A stretch of 64,000 bases of DNA from positions 57,102,001 to 57,166,000 of the forward strand of contig OX597817.1 of the NCBI GenBank assembly GCA_951406725.2, given 5' to 3'. Numbering within the stretch: position 1 is the first letter of the stretch; each line of letters opens with the position of its first letter. A model generated the notes under the pieces. The model was given only the letters and a program-made list of their open reading frames with translations, made no database searches and had not been told where the DNA came from. Below, in pieces: positions 40,715-52,468 of this stretch. This DNA is from Octopus vulgaris (Eukaryota). The position numbers and the translations under genes are program-made.

Positions 40715-41388
40715 CATATGTAGACACACACACATATATATATATATATGCGCATGTGCATGTATGTGTATAAATATGTTTTTAGTTGTTTTCTCTACTT
40801 CATGGCTCCTAACCGTTTAATGTTGAATTATTTCTACATATTAGTCCTATGGTTATTTTAATCTACTACACTACTTTAGTCCATGTATGTAGCCGTAGAA
40901 ACAAGCTTCTATTGCATGCAAACTCTCAGCGTTATATCTAAGTTCACTGTCAAAACCCAACTCAGATTTCAGAACTAAAGCTTTCAAAAAAGCCGAGTCT
41001 GATCATTCGGATGCTTTTATACTGGATGTTGGGGCAGCCACAATTTCTAAATAAGAGTGATTGTCATTGAATAATGAATAGGGCTCATTCAGCATGATCA
41101 AGTTCAATCAAACAAAATTATTTAGAAGTTTTGGTTTTCTCAATACACACGATATTATTGCATACAAAGTGCCAGACATTTATTTTTGGCAGCTGTGGAA
41201 CTTTTAGTAATGAAGATCCAAGTCAGATGGTTCATACAAATCGTCAGCCAGAATGACACAATCTGAGACCCTTTATTTTGTTCATATACCTATCTGTATG
41301 CATATGCATGAATATACATACATATACAACTGCATCATGTTAAAATTGTTCAATGCATTAAAATATATATATATATATTATGTGTGTA

Positions 41389-41420
<32 letters not shown>

Positions 41421-41439
41421 CGTATATTAATAGTATGAT

Positions 41440-41645
41440 AACAAAAGAATGAACGAGACCTTAATATTATGTAAATAGAGGAATTTATCTGTAATATAAT
41501 ATGTGACAGTTATTCAGTTGCCATATAGGGGCGGAAATCTGCTCCGGCATCTCATCAGTTACCAGAGCAGATTTCTGCCCCAACATCTAGAACTCAAGAG
41601 TTTTATTATGGCAACCAAATAATTGTCACATATTATATTACAGAT
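41440..41645. mobile_element. Foldback insertion in microsatellite whose two arms each carry half of a hammerhead (family HH-D)
   Basis: Outer arms 41487-41525 / 41607-41645, inner arms 41528-41547 / 41562-41581; minus taaCTGATGAgatgccgg, plus ccaacatctaGAActcaagagTTtta. Confidence 0.65.
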
Positions 41646-41861
41646 ATACATACACATATATGCATACATACATATATATACATACATACATGCATACATA
41701 CATATATATACATACATACATACATATATATACATACATACATATATATACATACATACATATATATACATACATACATATATATACATACATACATATA
41801 TATACATACATACATATATATACATACATACATATATATACATACATACATATATATATAC

Positions 41862-41892
<31 letters not shown>

Positions 41893-42287
41893 CATATATA
41901 CATACAGATATATACATATACATACAGATATATACATATACATACAGATATATACATATACATACAGATATATACATATACATACAGATATATACATATA
42001 CATACAGATATATACATACATATATATATATACACACATACATACCTATATATATATACACATACATACATACCTATATATATATACACATACATACATA
42101 CATACATACACACATACATATGTATAGTGGGATCACCACTACTTTATTATCTCCCCATCTTCCTAGCTCTCCTGTGTGACCCTTCTGTCTGGCATTCGCC
42201 ATGATAGATTTTTTCATTTCCCGAGCATTATACTAATGCATCTGTTTGTTGTCTACACCACCTGTCTTGTTTTTTTTGTGAATTCTG

Positions 42288-42339
<52 letters not shown>

Positions 42340-42395
42340 TATATATATATATAAACACATACATACATACATATACACACACAACATATAAACAC
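41645..42395. repeat. (TACA/TA) compound micro/minisatellite including 20-nt catacagatatatacatata units
   Basis: Direct reading. Confidence 0.95.
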
Positions 42396-44008
42396 ACACA
42401 CACCTTGAAAGGGTTTTAGTCAAAGACCAGGACTTATTTTTATTAAGTCTGGTACTTATTCTAGCAGTCTCTTTTTGTTGAACCACTAAGTTGAGAATAT
42501 AAACAAACCAACACCAGATGTCAAAGCATGTCAAGCAATGGTGGGGACAAACCAAACACACACACACACACACACACAGGAGAAGGCTTCCACTAAGTTT
42601 CCATCTACCAAATTTACTCGCAACAGTTTCATTTCCCAAGGAAGAAAATAAGATATAACTAAGAACAACTGGGAATTGAAACCCAGACACTGACCATTGC
42701 TAATCAAACAATAACTGCATCAATAAACATAGACTGTCCATAAATAAATTCCCTGCACAAACTCCCTGACACCATATTCCTAAAGAATGAAGTCAGGATT
42801 GTCAAAGAGGAGATATGAGGTTGTACGGCTCTGGCCATTCTCCAAGATAATTCCAACTCAATTCGATTGGAATGGTTCTACTGAAGGTCACAGAATTGTC
42901 TGTTGTTTTGCAACGTTAATTCATCTTTTGCTGACAAGAGAGCAAGACCTTTATTATCCAGAAGAAAAACGAAATAATTAGCCCTAGAGTATAATTACAG
43001 GTTCAAACCTCACCAAAGGTACCGCTATTATCCTACACAAAGCAACACTAGGTAACAGTGCCATGGCTGGTTCAATTCCTGTTTCAGCTGTGGAGATCCA
43101 GCAATAGTAAAGCCATCCAGCTGGGAAAAAAACCTTTGCCACAACAAAATGGTTTTTATTGTTTTCCATCATTAGACTACAGTCCATGCTGGAGCACTTT
43201 CTCCAACCTGTTAAACATCTCACACTCCAGTTTTAATATGGTCATATCTTATTTTACTTAACCCTGTGATGAGCCCTGGGACTTGGGTTTCATCATCAAT
43301 GAGTGAACAAGATTAGGAATCCTCCACTCGGAACGGGATGCCAGTCTGTTGCAGAGCTAACTTCCCCGTTACAGTTGGAACTTATTTACAGCTGAGTAGA
43401 CTAGGACAACATGAAATGAGGTGTTTTGCTCAAGAACACAATGCACTGCTCAGTCCAGGAATTGAAACCACAATCTTATGATCAAGAGTGCAACAGCCGT
43501 AACCATGAAGTCATGTACTTTCACATCCACATTTGCGAAGAATATTTAAAGGATTATCATCCATGTCCACAACAGATGGAAAATACTATAAAACAACCCT
43601 AGTACACACACACACACAGAGTCAAATGTTTAGATATATAATTAACTCATTAATTAAATCACTCCTCTTAGCAAATGAACTCACCAAACTCTTCTATAAA
43701 CTCACCCAATCGATAAATATTCATAAAGTAAACTTAATTAATCATAATAAGTGATTAACGCTTCATGATAAACACATTATCATTCCTCTGACAGCCAGTC
43801 AAGGCAAATCCTACCAACAAGCTATCTCTCCATATTCTACAATACCATCTCTCCGATGGTAGGTCACTACTATATATTCTCTCAAGCAAGGGAGGGAGAT
43901 TCTATGTGGACATTCAGCTTGGTAGAAATAGCAACCAAATCTCCATGTCATACCATATGCCTTTAAAAATTATTGGGCACATTGGAGAATGTAGTCCTAA
44001 GTAATGCT

Positions 44009-44565
44009 TTAACCCTTTCAGCATTCAGATTACTCTGTCAAACTTAATGCTTATCTATTCACATTGCTTTGGATTAATCGTGTATTATCTCATAGCTTTG
44101 AGGTGTCAGTGAGGCGAATGTGTGTTCATTGAATGGCACTGCAGGGTAGGTTTTTGTTTTTTGTTTTGTTCCTTCTCGAGCCATGCTTGGCTCATAAGGG
44201 CCAGTTTCCCGGTTTCTTGGCGTATAGGTTCCCCACCTGGATGGGACGCCAGTCCATCGCAGGTGAGCTGCAAGATGCAGGAAGAAAGAGTGGGAGAAAG
44301 TTGTGGCGAAAGAATCAGCAGAAGTTCGCCATTACCTTCTGCCGGAGCTGCGTGGAGCTTAAGTGTTTCGCTCATAAACACACACATCGCCCGGTCTGAG
44401 ATTCGAACCGGCGATCCCTCGACCGCGAGTCCGCTGCTCTAACCACTAAGCCATGTGCCTCCACAACTGCAGGGTAGGTGTGAGAGGCTGGATATGGTTG
44501 GACTGAACATAAAAGAAGAAGAATATTTGGGCTGGATATGGTCAGTTTATATGCTAAATGGTTCA
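44009..44565. mobile_element. piggyBac-like MITE interrupted by a SINE
   Basis: ttaaccctttcagcattcagattactctgtcaaa... similar to 54684-54900; right end tgctaaatggtt. Confidence 0.65.
44152..44465 (-). mobile_element. Full-length tRNA(Arg)-like SINE with 14-bp TSD
   Basis: A box tggcttagtgg, loop ctcgcgg, B box ggttcgaatct, A-rich tail; TSD actgcagggtaggt at 44138-44151 and 44466-44479. Confidence 0.9.
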
Positions 44566-47500
44566 GCTGGAGTGATTCCAGCTTGACCATCTTTGATCCT
44601 GCTGCCGTTGAACAACCAGCAGCACTGACCGGACACTAAACAACAACAACAACAATTATAGAGAGAGAGACCTTCTGCTCATTTATTGTTGAGTGTGGAG
44701 TGTGCATGTGTATCACTCGTGAGTAAATATTGCATGTGTGCACACGTGAGTGTTGTATGTCTGTGCACAAGAGTGGCATTTGTGCATGTGATGCATGCAT
44801 GTGATTGCACAGTGCAGGTGATGATGCTTGGTGTTCATTGTGACAGGGTCAAAAGTGACCCTCACCTCAAGATGGAACCTTCTTTAGAAAAACCTTCTAA
44901 AGTACACAACGTAAAAACAGTCTTCAACTACCAAATCAGGTCTGCCCTCCAACCATACCCTTCCCTACTCCAGACAATATTTACATATCAAATGGAGTGC
45001 AAGGGGTCAGAGGTTACAATTTGACCAACAAGTGACCAAATACAAAATTCAACCTCTTTTCTACAACAAATTTTGTCACACAATTTCAAAGCCTATCAGA
45101 GATACTGCTATATCTTTCGGGTACGCCGGGGTGTCAGTCTCTCCCTAGCTGGAGTAAAAGCGCCAGGTATTCAGGGAGAATTAATTACCATTAACAGGGT
45201 CTGTCGTCTTATAGAGTTGCAACAACATCAAAAACCAATCACGCTTAATCAACACCATCTTGAGAAATCTAAGCTGGTTTAATTTGGCTCAACTGAGTCG
45301 CATGCATTAGCATTAAGAGATTAAGTCAGCATGAGGGTTAATAAATTCATGCAAGCAAACAGATTATGTTGAACTGATAACAATAACAATAGCCTTATAG
45401 ATTGGAGTTTTCCATTTCCTTCCAGAGTTAAAATATTTGGTAAGAACACAAAATCAGCAAATATTTCTTTAAAAAATTTTTTATAAAAAATAGGTATTTT
45501 CACTGAAATAAAAAAAAAAAACTGACCAAAAGAATGATGGATTATCTTGATTAATTAATAATATTTTAAAATAATATCCATCTTGAAATACTAATGCCAT
45601 TAGTGAAGAATATAATTCCACCATTCTCTTTTTAATGGAGCTTTCACAAGATCATAGAATAAATTTACAGGTTGAAATTCTGTAACATACACAAAATTAG
45701 AGAGTGACGTGTGATTAAAAAGGAAAAGGAGAGAATAAAACAATGAAGCCAGTTTCAGGACCAAAATTGATGTTGGTGGAAAGTCTGGCATTTCTGAAGC
45801 TTGAAGAGACAAAGAAGAAAAATAGAAGAGATACGTTATTATCAATTATGTTGTAAGAAACGAGAGAAAAAAGGGAAAAAGAAAGAGAGGTTAGAAATAT
45901 CAGAGAAATTCTACAAATTCATAAGGTTAATCTTTGTTCAAGAATGGATTTCGGTGGAAAACATTAGAAATCTAAGCTGATGGCAACAAACTCTCTTGAG
46001 GTTGTGTCTTTTTGGAATTTTGAGGTTTCACTGCTGTCAAGATTTTTGAACCTTCTATCGAAACAGCTTTTCGTCCGCAAGTTGAGATCAAGCTTCATCA
46101 GAATCGGAACAGGCTTTAAGTGAGTATATTCCTTTCTGTTAGGATTTACGAAACAGAGCTTCCAGTATAAGAGAAAACTGGAAAGAAACAGAAGACTTAC
46201 AAAAACAAAGCAAATTAAAAATATGAAAAAGAGAAAAAAAAAAAAAAGAACCAAAGAATTTCAAAAGCTTCATATTTCTCCATCTACAACAATAAAATAT
46301 GTACATGATAAAATAGCAACGTGCTGACATGGAAATAGAGGCGAGACTAAAGTAATTATAGCAATGAGAACAGCCAACTAACTCTTTTGCAATTGCGTTT
46401 GTGTTGTTTACTGCAGAAAAAAAATAGAAACCACACGGAAAAAAAAACAGTGCTTCCCACCAAGAGGAGAGGATCAAGCAAATAGCAGAAACAAACAAAA
46501 AAAAAGCAATGGTGAGATGTGTGCCAGGCCATTATTAGTTACAGTAACCTGGCTCCAAAACTCAACAGTGAACGGTTAGATGGTTTATCCAAATCTCACG
46601 AGACCAAAGTCTTAGAGATGGAAATAACACAAGAAAAACTGGAAATCAACAAAATTGTCAGCTGAGCAAAAGAAGCAATTAGAACAGAGGCTTGAAAAAT
46701 CATCTTTGAATTTTGGACATTGGTTTTAGTGAGGGGAGGGTTAAAGAAAAAAATTACATATATATATATAGTAAAAAAAAATTCTTTAAATTTCCAACAT
46801 CAGAGATTGAAAAATATACTTTGAGAAAAAAAAAAAATACATCCTTTTTAATGAACGTAACTAGACTAGTAATATTAGATTCAAATTTTGGCACAAGGCC
46901 AGCAATTACAAGATAGGGGTGAAGTCAATTACATCAACCCCAATGCATAACTGGTACTTCCTGAAAGGATGAAAGACCAAGTTGAACTTGGCAGAATTTG
47001 AGCTGAGAACATAAAAACGGACGGAAATGCTGCTAAGTATTTTCCCCAGCACGCTGACAATTTCTGCCAGCTCACTGCCTGAACTAGATCAATAATATTG
47101 ATTACCACCTGAACTAGATCAATAATATTGACTGTTAACATTCCACTATGATGTATCCTTGCATGTTATAATAAGAGATAACCGAAAGGGTGGACATCAA
47201 GAAGAAATAGGTTTGATTAAATCTACCCTAGTGGCATTTGGGTTGTATTCATTTAATTGACATCCCAGAAGAATGAAGGGCAAAATCAGTCCTAGTAAGA
47301 TTTGAACTCAGAATGTAGATAGGAACTTAGAGGCATTTGCACCCACTTCCAATAATAAAAGTTTTGTAACCATAAAACTGAGAAAATGAAAGAACACAAT
47401 CTCAGATGTTAAGCCTCACAAAGGGGATTTGCTGTACTGGGGAAGACACATTGAGCTAAGTAAACTCAGGGTCTCCCTCTCTCAGCTGGGAAGTTTTTGT

Positions 47501-48685
47501 CTTGCAAGTTATTTGGTGACCCTCTAAGCGTCATGTAAAAAGCACCAGTGCTGGTGCCACATAAAAAACCACCCCGTACACTTTGTAAAGTAGTCAGAGT
47601 TAGGAAGGGCTTCCAGCCACAGAAACCATACCAAAACAGACTAATAGGCCCTGGTGCTGCTCCTGGCCTTGCCAGCATGGAAAACAGATCTTAGATGCTG
47701 ATAATGATGATGAAAACATCTCAACCTTTTGAAGGAAATATACAACTATAAAACACTGAGATATTCAAACTAGTGCCCTCATTTTGGTTGTTCTAATAAC
47801 AGTATTTAGGAAGACTTTGAAAAATCTATCCTTGTGCATTTAATAAAAGGTTCAATTCCAAATTCTCCGAATTTACCGATTACAACAGACATCTGAAGAA
47901 AGCTAGAAGGTACCACAGCTGAAATGTTGAGACTGTAAAAACCAAGATGAGCACAATAGTCTGGATGTATCAATGCGTAATAATAACAATCCTTTCTGCT
48001 ATAGGCACACGGGGCCTGAAATTTGGGGGAGGGGGGACTAGTCGATTACATTGACCACAGTACTTAACTCAAACTTGTTTTATCAACTCCGAAAGGATGA
48101 AAGGCAAAGCCGACCTCAGCAGAATTTGAACTCAGAACGTAAAAATGGACAAAATGTCGCTAAGCATTTTGCCCAGCATGCTAACGATTCTGCCAGCTCA
48201 CCATTTTTTTTCATTATCAGCATCATTATTATAATAATAATAATAATAATAATAATTTCAGCACAAGGCCAGCATTTTGGAGGAGAAGGTACATTGATTA
48301 CATTGTTCTCAGTGCTCAACGGGAAGGATGAACAGCAAAGTCGACCTCAGTGGTATTTGAACTCAGAATATAAGGACACATGAAATGCTGCTACGCATTT
48401 TGTCCCGTGTGCCAGCTCCACTGCCTTTAATAATAATGGTAATTCCCCCATCTCAAAAATCAGACAAATAAAGAACTGTATTGTAATCTAGTAAAATCAC
48501 ATCACTTTGTGGCCATTCCTTAAATTCAATCATTCCATAAACTGGTTTAACAGGTTTTAGAGAATTTTTGAGAATTCTCTCAATCTGCAGCACTGTCTAC
48601 AATTATAAGACAGGCTGATCGAAATGCCAAAGACAGCAAGGGAAGCAGAAGTTGGTAAACATTTTGTGTCAGTGGAATACCGTCC

Positions 48686-48893
48686 CTGAGTTCGATTCCA
48701 GGCAGTGACCTGAATAATAATAATAACATCAAAAAATACCTTAGGAATGAGAACCTAGGTTCGAAATTTCCCCAAGACACCTGATGAAGGCTGGAGGGTA
48801 TATCAGCCGAAATGTTGTATTAACAACAAACAAGATGAGGACAAATATCCGTCAAATGTAAATAATTCCTTATTTCTTAAACATAGAACTGTA
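48686..48893 (+). mobile_element. Family HH-A copy, 5'-truncated at the B box
   Basis: gagttcgattccaggcagtgacctgaat...gacacCTGATGAaggctggagggtatatcagccGAAAtgttgtatt...tagaactgta. Confidence 0.85.
48776..48821 (+). ncRNA. Minimal type I hammerhead ribozyme-like motif (Penelope type)
   Basis: gacac-CTGATGA-a-ggctg/cagcc-GAAA-(c/t)gtt-gt(g/a)tt; consensus of four copies gives GAAACGTT with ACGT palindrome and stem I gacac/gtgtt. Confidence 0.65.
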
Positions 48894-49269
48894 TTGATCG
48901 TCTTTGTTTTACTTGAACACATGTTCTTCCATGCTGACAGATATTTTAAATAAGCCTGTCGTACAGTAAATGCGGAAATATCTGCAACTGTTGAGAACAA
49001 CGGTTCCGAGTCCCAAGTCTTCTTCAGTCTGCCTCTAGCCAAGATAACCATTTCCTACCAGCTCATAACATTGTTCTACCTGGCAGGATTCACACATTTA
49101 TACAACACATCAATACCAAGTCATCTCTTCTACTCACACACACTCATTTAACAGATGTGATAGCATGATATTCTTGTTAGACAACTGTGTAATGGCATTT
49201 ATACAACATTGACTGATCAAAACCAATAGAATATATTTTAGTCAACACCAACATGAGTATATATGTGTG

Positions 49270-49794
49270 TGTGGCGTCCGTGCTAGCAGGGTGCAAAGAA
49301 CACCATATGAGTGTGATCATTGACAGAGCGGCTAACCAGCTTCTGTGCCAGTGACACTTAAAAGGCACCATTCGAGCGTGATCGTTACCAGCGTCGCCTT
49401 ACTGGCACTTGAGCCCCATGCTAGTAGGGTATTAAGAGCACCATCCGAGCGTGATCGTTGCCAGAGCAGCTATCTAGCCTCCGTGCCAGTGGCACGTAAA
49501 AGGCACCATTCGAGCGTGATCATTACCAGCATCGCCTTACTGGCACCTGTGCCGGTGGCATGTGTAAAAGATTTGAGCGAGGTCGTTGCCAGTACCGCCT
49601 GACTGGCACGTAAAAGGCACCCACTACATTCTCGGAGTGGTTGGCGTTAGGAAGGGCATCCAGCTGTAGAAACTCTGCCAGATCAAGATTAGAGCATGGT
49701 GCAGCCATCTGGTTTGCCAGCCCTCAGTCAAACCGTCCAACCCATGCCAGCATGAAAAGCGGACGTTAAACGATGATGATGATGATGATGATGA
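49270..49794 (+). mobile_element. RTE-tailed interspersed repeat with internal tandem subunits and (GAT)n tail
   Basis: gtggttggcgttaggaagggcatccagctgtagaaac...cccatgccagcatg..ggacgttaaacgatgatgat; relatives at 1-113, 11260, 13920, 32030, 47530, 57980, 60225, 61528. Confidence 0.8.
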
Positions 49795-50907
49795 CTGTAC
49801 ACACTGATTGCTCAGACAAAGGAGGGTTCGGCAGCTTCACAGATGCATGGTGTTCTTAGTTCAATGTTTTGCCGTATCAACTCATGTGGGAAATCAGATC
49901 TACCTGGAATTTTCAGATCTGCTTTGCGGACACTGAAGTAGTGGCCTCTATCACTTGGGGGTTAAATTCAACCAGCCAACACCAACACACACACATATAT
50001 ACAGCTAGAGGTTATATCAAAATTTAAAACACAGACAATTTACTTGATAGATACACAGTGACAAGCAGTTCAATACATTCTGATATCTGTTTATCAACCG
50101 TTAACAGAAAAAAAAAATATTCTCTCTTCAAGGCCTACTTCCTATGATTAAGCAATTAGCAAAATAAAACGATATGGCTCAGACCCTGACACCAACTGTA
50201 CTGTTCTTTCATCATTGCCTAAAAATCCACAATTTTCCTATCAAAAAATTTCAGCACTGTATAAATTAATTTCTCCTTCTCCCTCACTCTCTCTCCAAAA
50301 CAAATCATTAATACTTTAAAAACTAATGATCTATAAACGAACCTGTGTGTCTCTGTGTGTGTGTGTGTGTGTGTGTCTATGAAGACGATAACTAAACACC
50401 ACTTGTTGTTCCTATATTTACCTTAAAATATAAAAACCTTTAAAAAAATAAAAAAGTCTGGGACCAGGGAAAATACAAGACTGACCTTTAAAACTACAGC
50501 ATATTAGGGAACTATTGAAGTCAAATCCCTAAATGTTTTACATGTAAAAACAAATATGTTTTGTTAGTACGGACGTCGTGAAAGAACCTTTGAATAAAAG
50601 ATTAGTCGGAGATGAAATTTAGGGGTCACACTGGGGAGAGAAAACGTTAATAGTTGACGAATTTCAGAAATTCTTTAAAATGGCCTGACACACATTCAGG
50701 GTAGCAATGTTGGTGAGTAATGAACAAATTTGCAACGGGTGTAAGGAAGTTGAAGCTGTAGATAACAATACAAGTGGTGATATGAGGTTATGATTAGTTG
50801 AAGAGATGCGCAGAAGGAGAGTGAAAGCTAGACTAATATATAATAGAGAGATAATATATATAGAGAGATATATATACAGGAAGTACATTGTTCAATCGTG
50901 CACAAAC

Positions 50908-51326
50908 CTGGATAGGTTGGCTGATAAGGGGACGCCTGAGGAAAGTGAGGTTGATAAGACGTAGGAGTATGATACACTGGTGGTATCAAAGGTGGTGTGG
51001 CATAGCCTGGCTGTTGTACCACACAGCTAGGGTTAAAATGTCCAGTAGTGTCCATATGAGGGGGATATTGACCTAAGGCTATATAAGAGGGAGGTTGTTC
51101 TGAACTTCCAGCCATATGACCCCCGGGGGCCGCAGAGAAAGGAATTTGGCACTGCAAATGCAGCTCACCATGTTGAGTGGGTACAATGCCTGCGGTAGAG
51201 GCATTCGGTAAAGCCCCGTGCGGTTTTGGATGCGACTTGTCCAACGTCTGACTCTTTAGCTGTTGCTGTTGCTGTAAGGAGAGCTTCATTATTTCGCCCT
51301 GCAAATCCGTCAAACTTCGGTTTAAT
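50908..51326 (-). CDS. Patronin: CAMSAP/patronin exon, CC2 and Pro/Gln/Tyr-rich segment
   Basis: Acceptor gagcag, donor gtttgt, 419 nt, phase 2->1; LNRSLTDLQGEIMKLSLQQQ. Confidence 0.92.
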
Positions 51327-51555
51327 CTGCTCAAAATAGAAAAAAATATTTCAACAAATATCAAACTCGCATTACAACTTCTTATAATCAATACTTCAAT
51401 GATTGAATACCTACCTGTTGAAAGGTGTTTAAATATTAAACTAGAAAACAGTCCACGTGACATATCTGCACATCAAATTAATTCTATATATGCAAAGAAA
51501 AGTAATTTGTAAAAAAATGACCTTATTTTTAACTAAATATATTCATATTTCTTCT

Positions 51556-52055
51556 ACGAGGGTGAGTCAAAAAGTAATGCCATTTTGTTTAGGACAGGTA
51601 TAATTACCAACACAGGAACATGTATCATACATCAAAATGAAGCCGGTCCTCTGTGGATCACATCCCTACTTCTCAACATAGACACCGTTTCTCTCAATAG
51701 CAATGTTTTACCTTCGAATGAGAGCATGCATCCCTGCCCCGTAAAATTCTGTTGACTGTTCTTTGAGCCACTTCACTACAGCTTTCACTTCCTTGTCACT
51801 GGACTATCATCTCTTCGGCCCCATGAAAGAGGATTTGAGAGACAAACATTATTCCAGTGATGAGGAAGTGAAAATTGTAGTGAAGAAGTGGCTCAAAGAA
51901 CAGTCAACCAAATTTTACAGGGCAGGGATACATGCTCTCATTCGAAGGTGGAACATTGCTATTGAGAGAAACGGTGACTGTGTTGAGAATTAGGGATGTG
52001 ATCCACAAAGGACCAGCATCATTTTGATCCTGTGTAGGTAATTATAGCTGTCCTA
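51556..52055. mobile_element. Mariner-derived foldback element with transposase C-terminal relic
   Basis: tacgagggtgagtcaaaaagtaatg TIR; DYHLFGPMKEDLRDKHYSSDEEVKIVVKKWLKEQSTKFYRAGIHALIRRWNIAIERNGDCVEN; ~51590-51772 is the reverse complement of ~51885-52055. Confidence 0.9.
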
Positions 52056-52468
52056 AGTTGACCAAAGGCTAACCTGCAGCTAAGCACCAACAGAGCTAAC
52101 AACCTCAATATCTGCATAAGGACATAAATAGACCTGTTGGAGCAAACCTAGTTTTAATTACATATAAATAGATGTGGATCTATTGAATTAAATGTGGCTT
52201 TAATAAAAATGTAATAAAAAAAATAAATATCACCTTCAAAAATAGTTGTTCTTTGTGTTTTGAATATTTAAAAGAGATTAAAATACAAATTAAGAATTAT
52301 TCCGTACAATATGAAAAATAAAAAAAGCTCCAATTCTATCGATAAAAATAATTGAATGTTTATGAATACAAATTAATAATTATTGATACTAAATTAAGAT
52401 TTTCAATAAAATGACAAACAAATGATAGCAACTTTATGCAAGAAAATGGAACCAAAGTTTGTACAAAC

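Noticed and set aside
49280-49620. Regularly spaced ggcaccattcgagcgtgatcg units as a CRISPR-like array
   Set aside because: Eukaryotic context; intervening sequences are themselves repeated and belong to an RTE-tailed repeat
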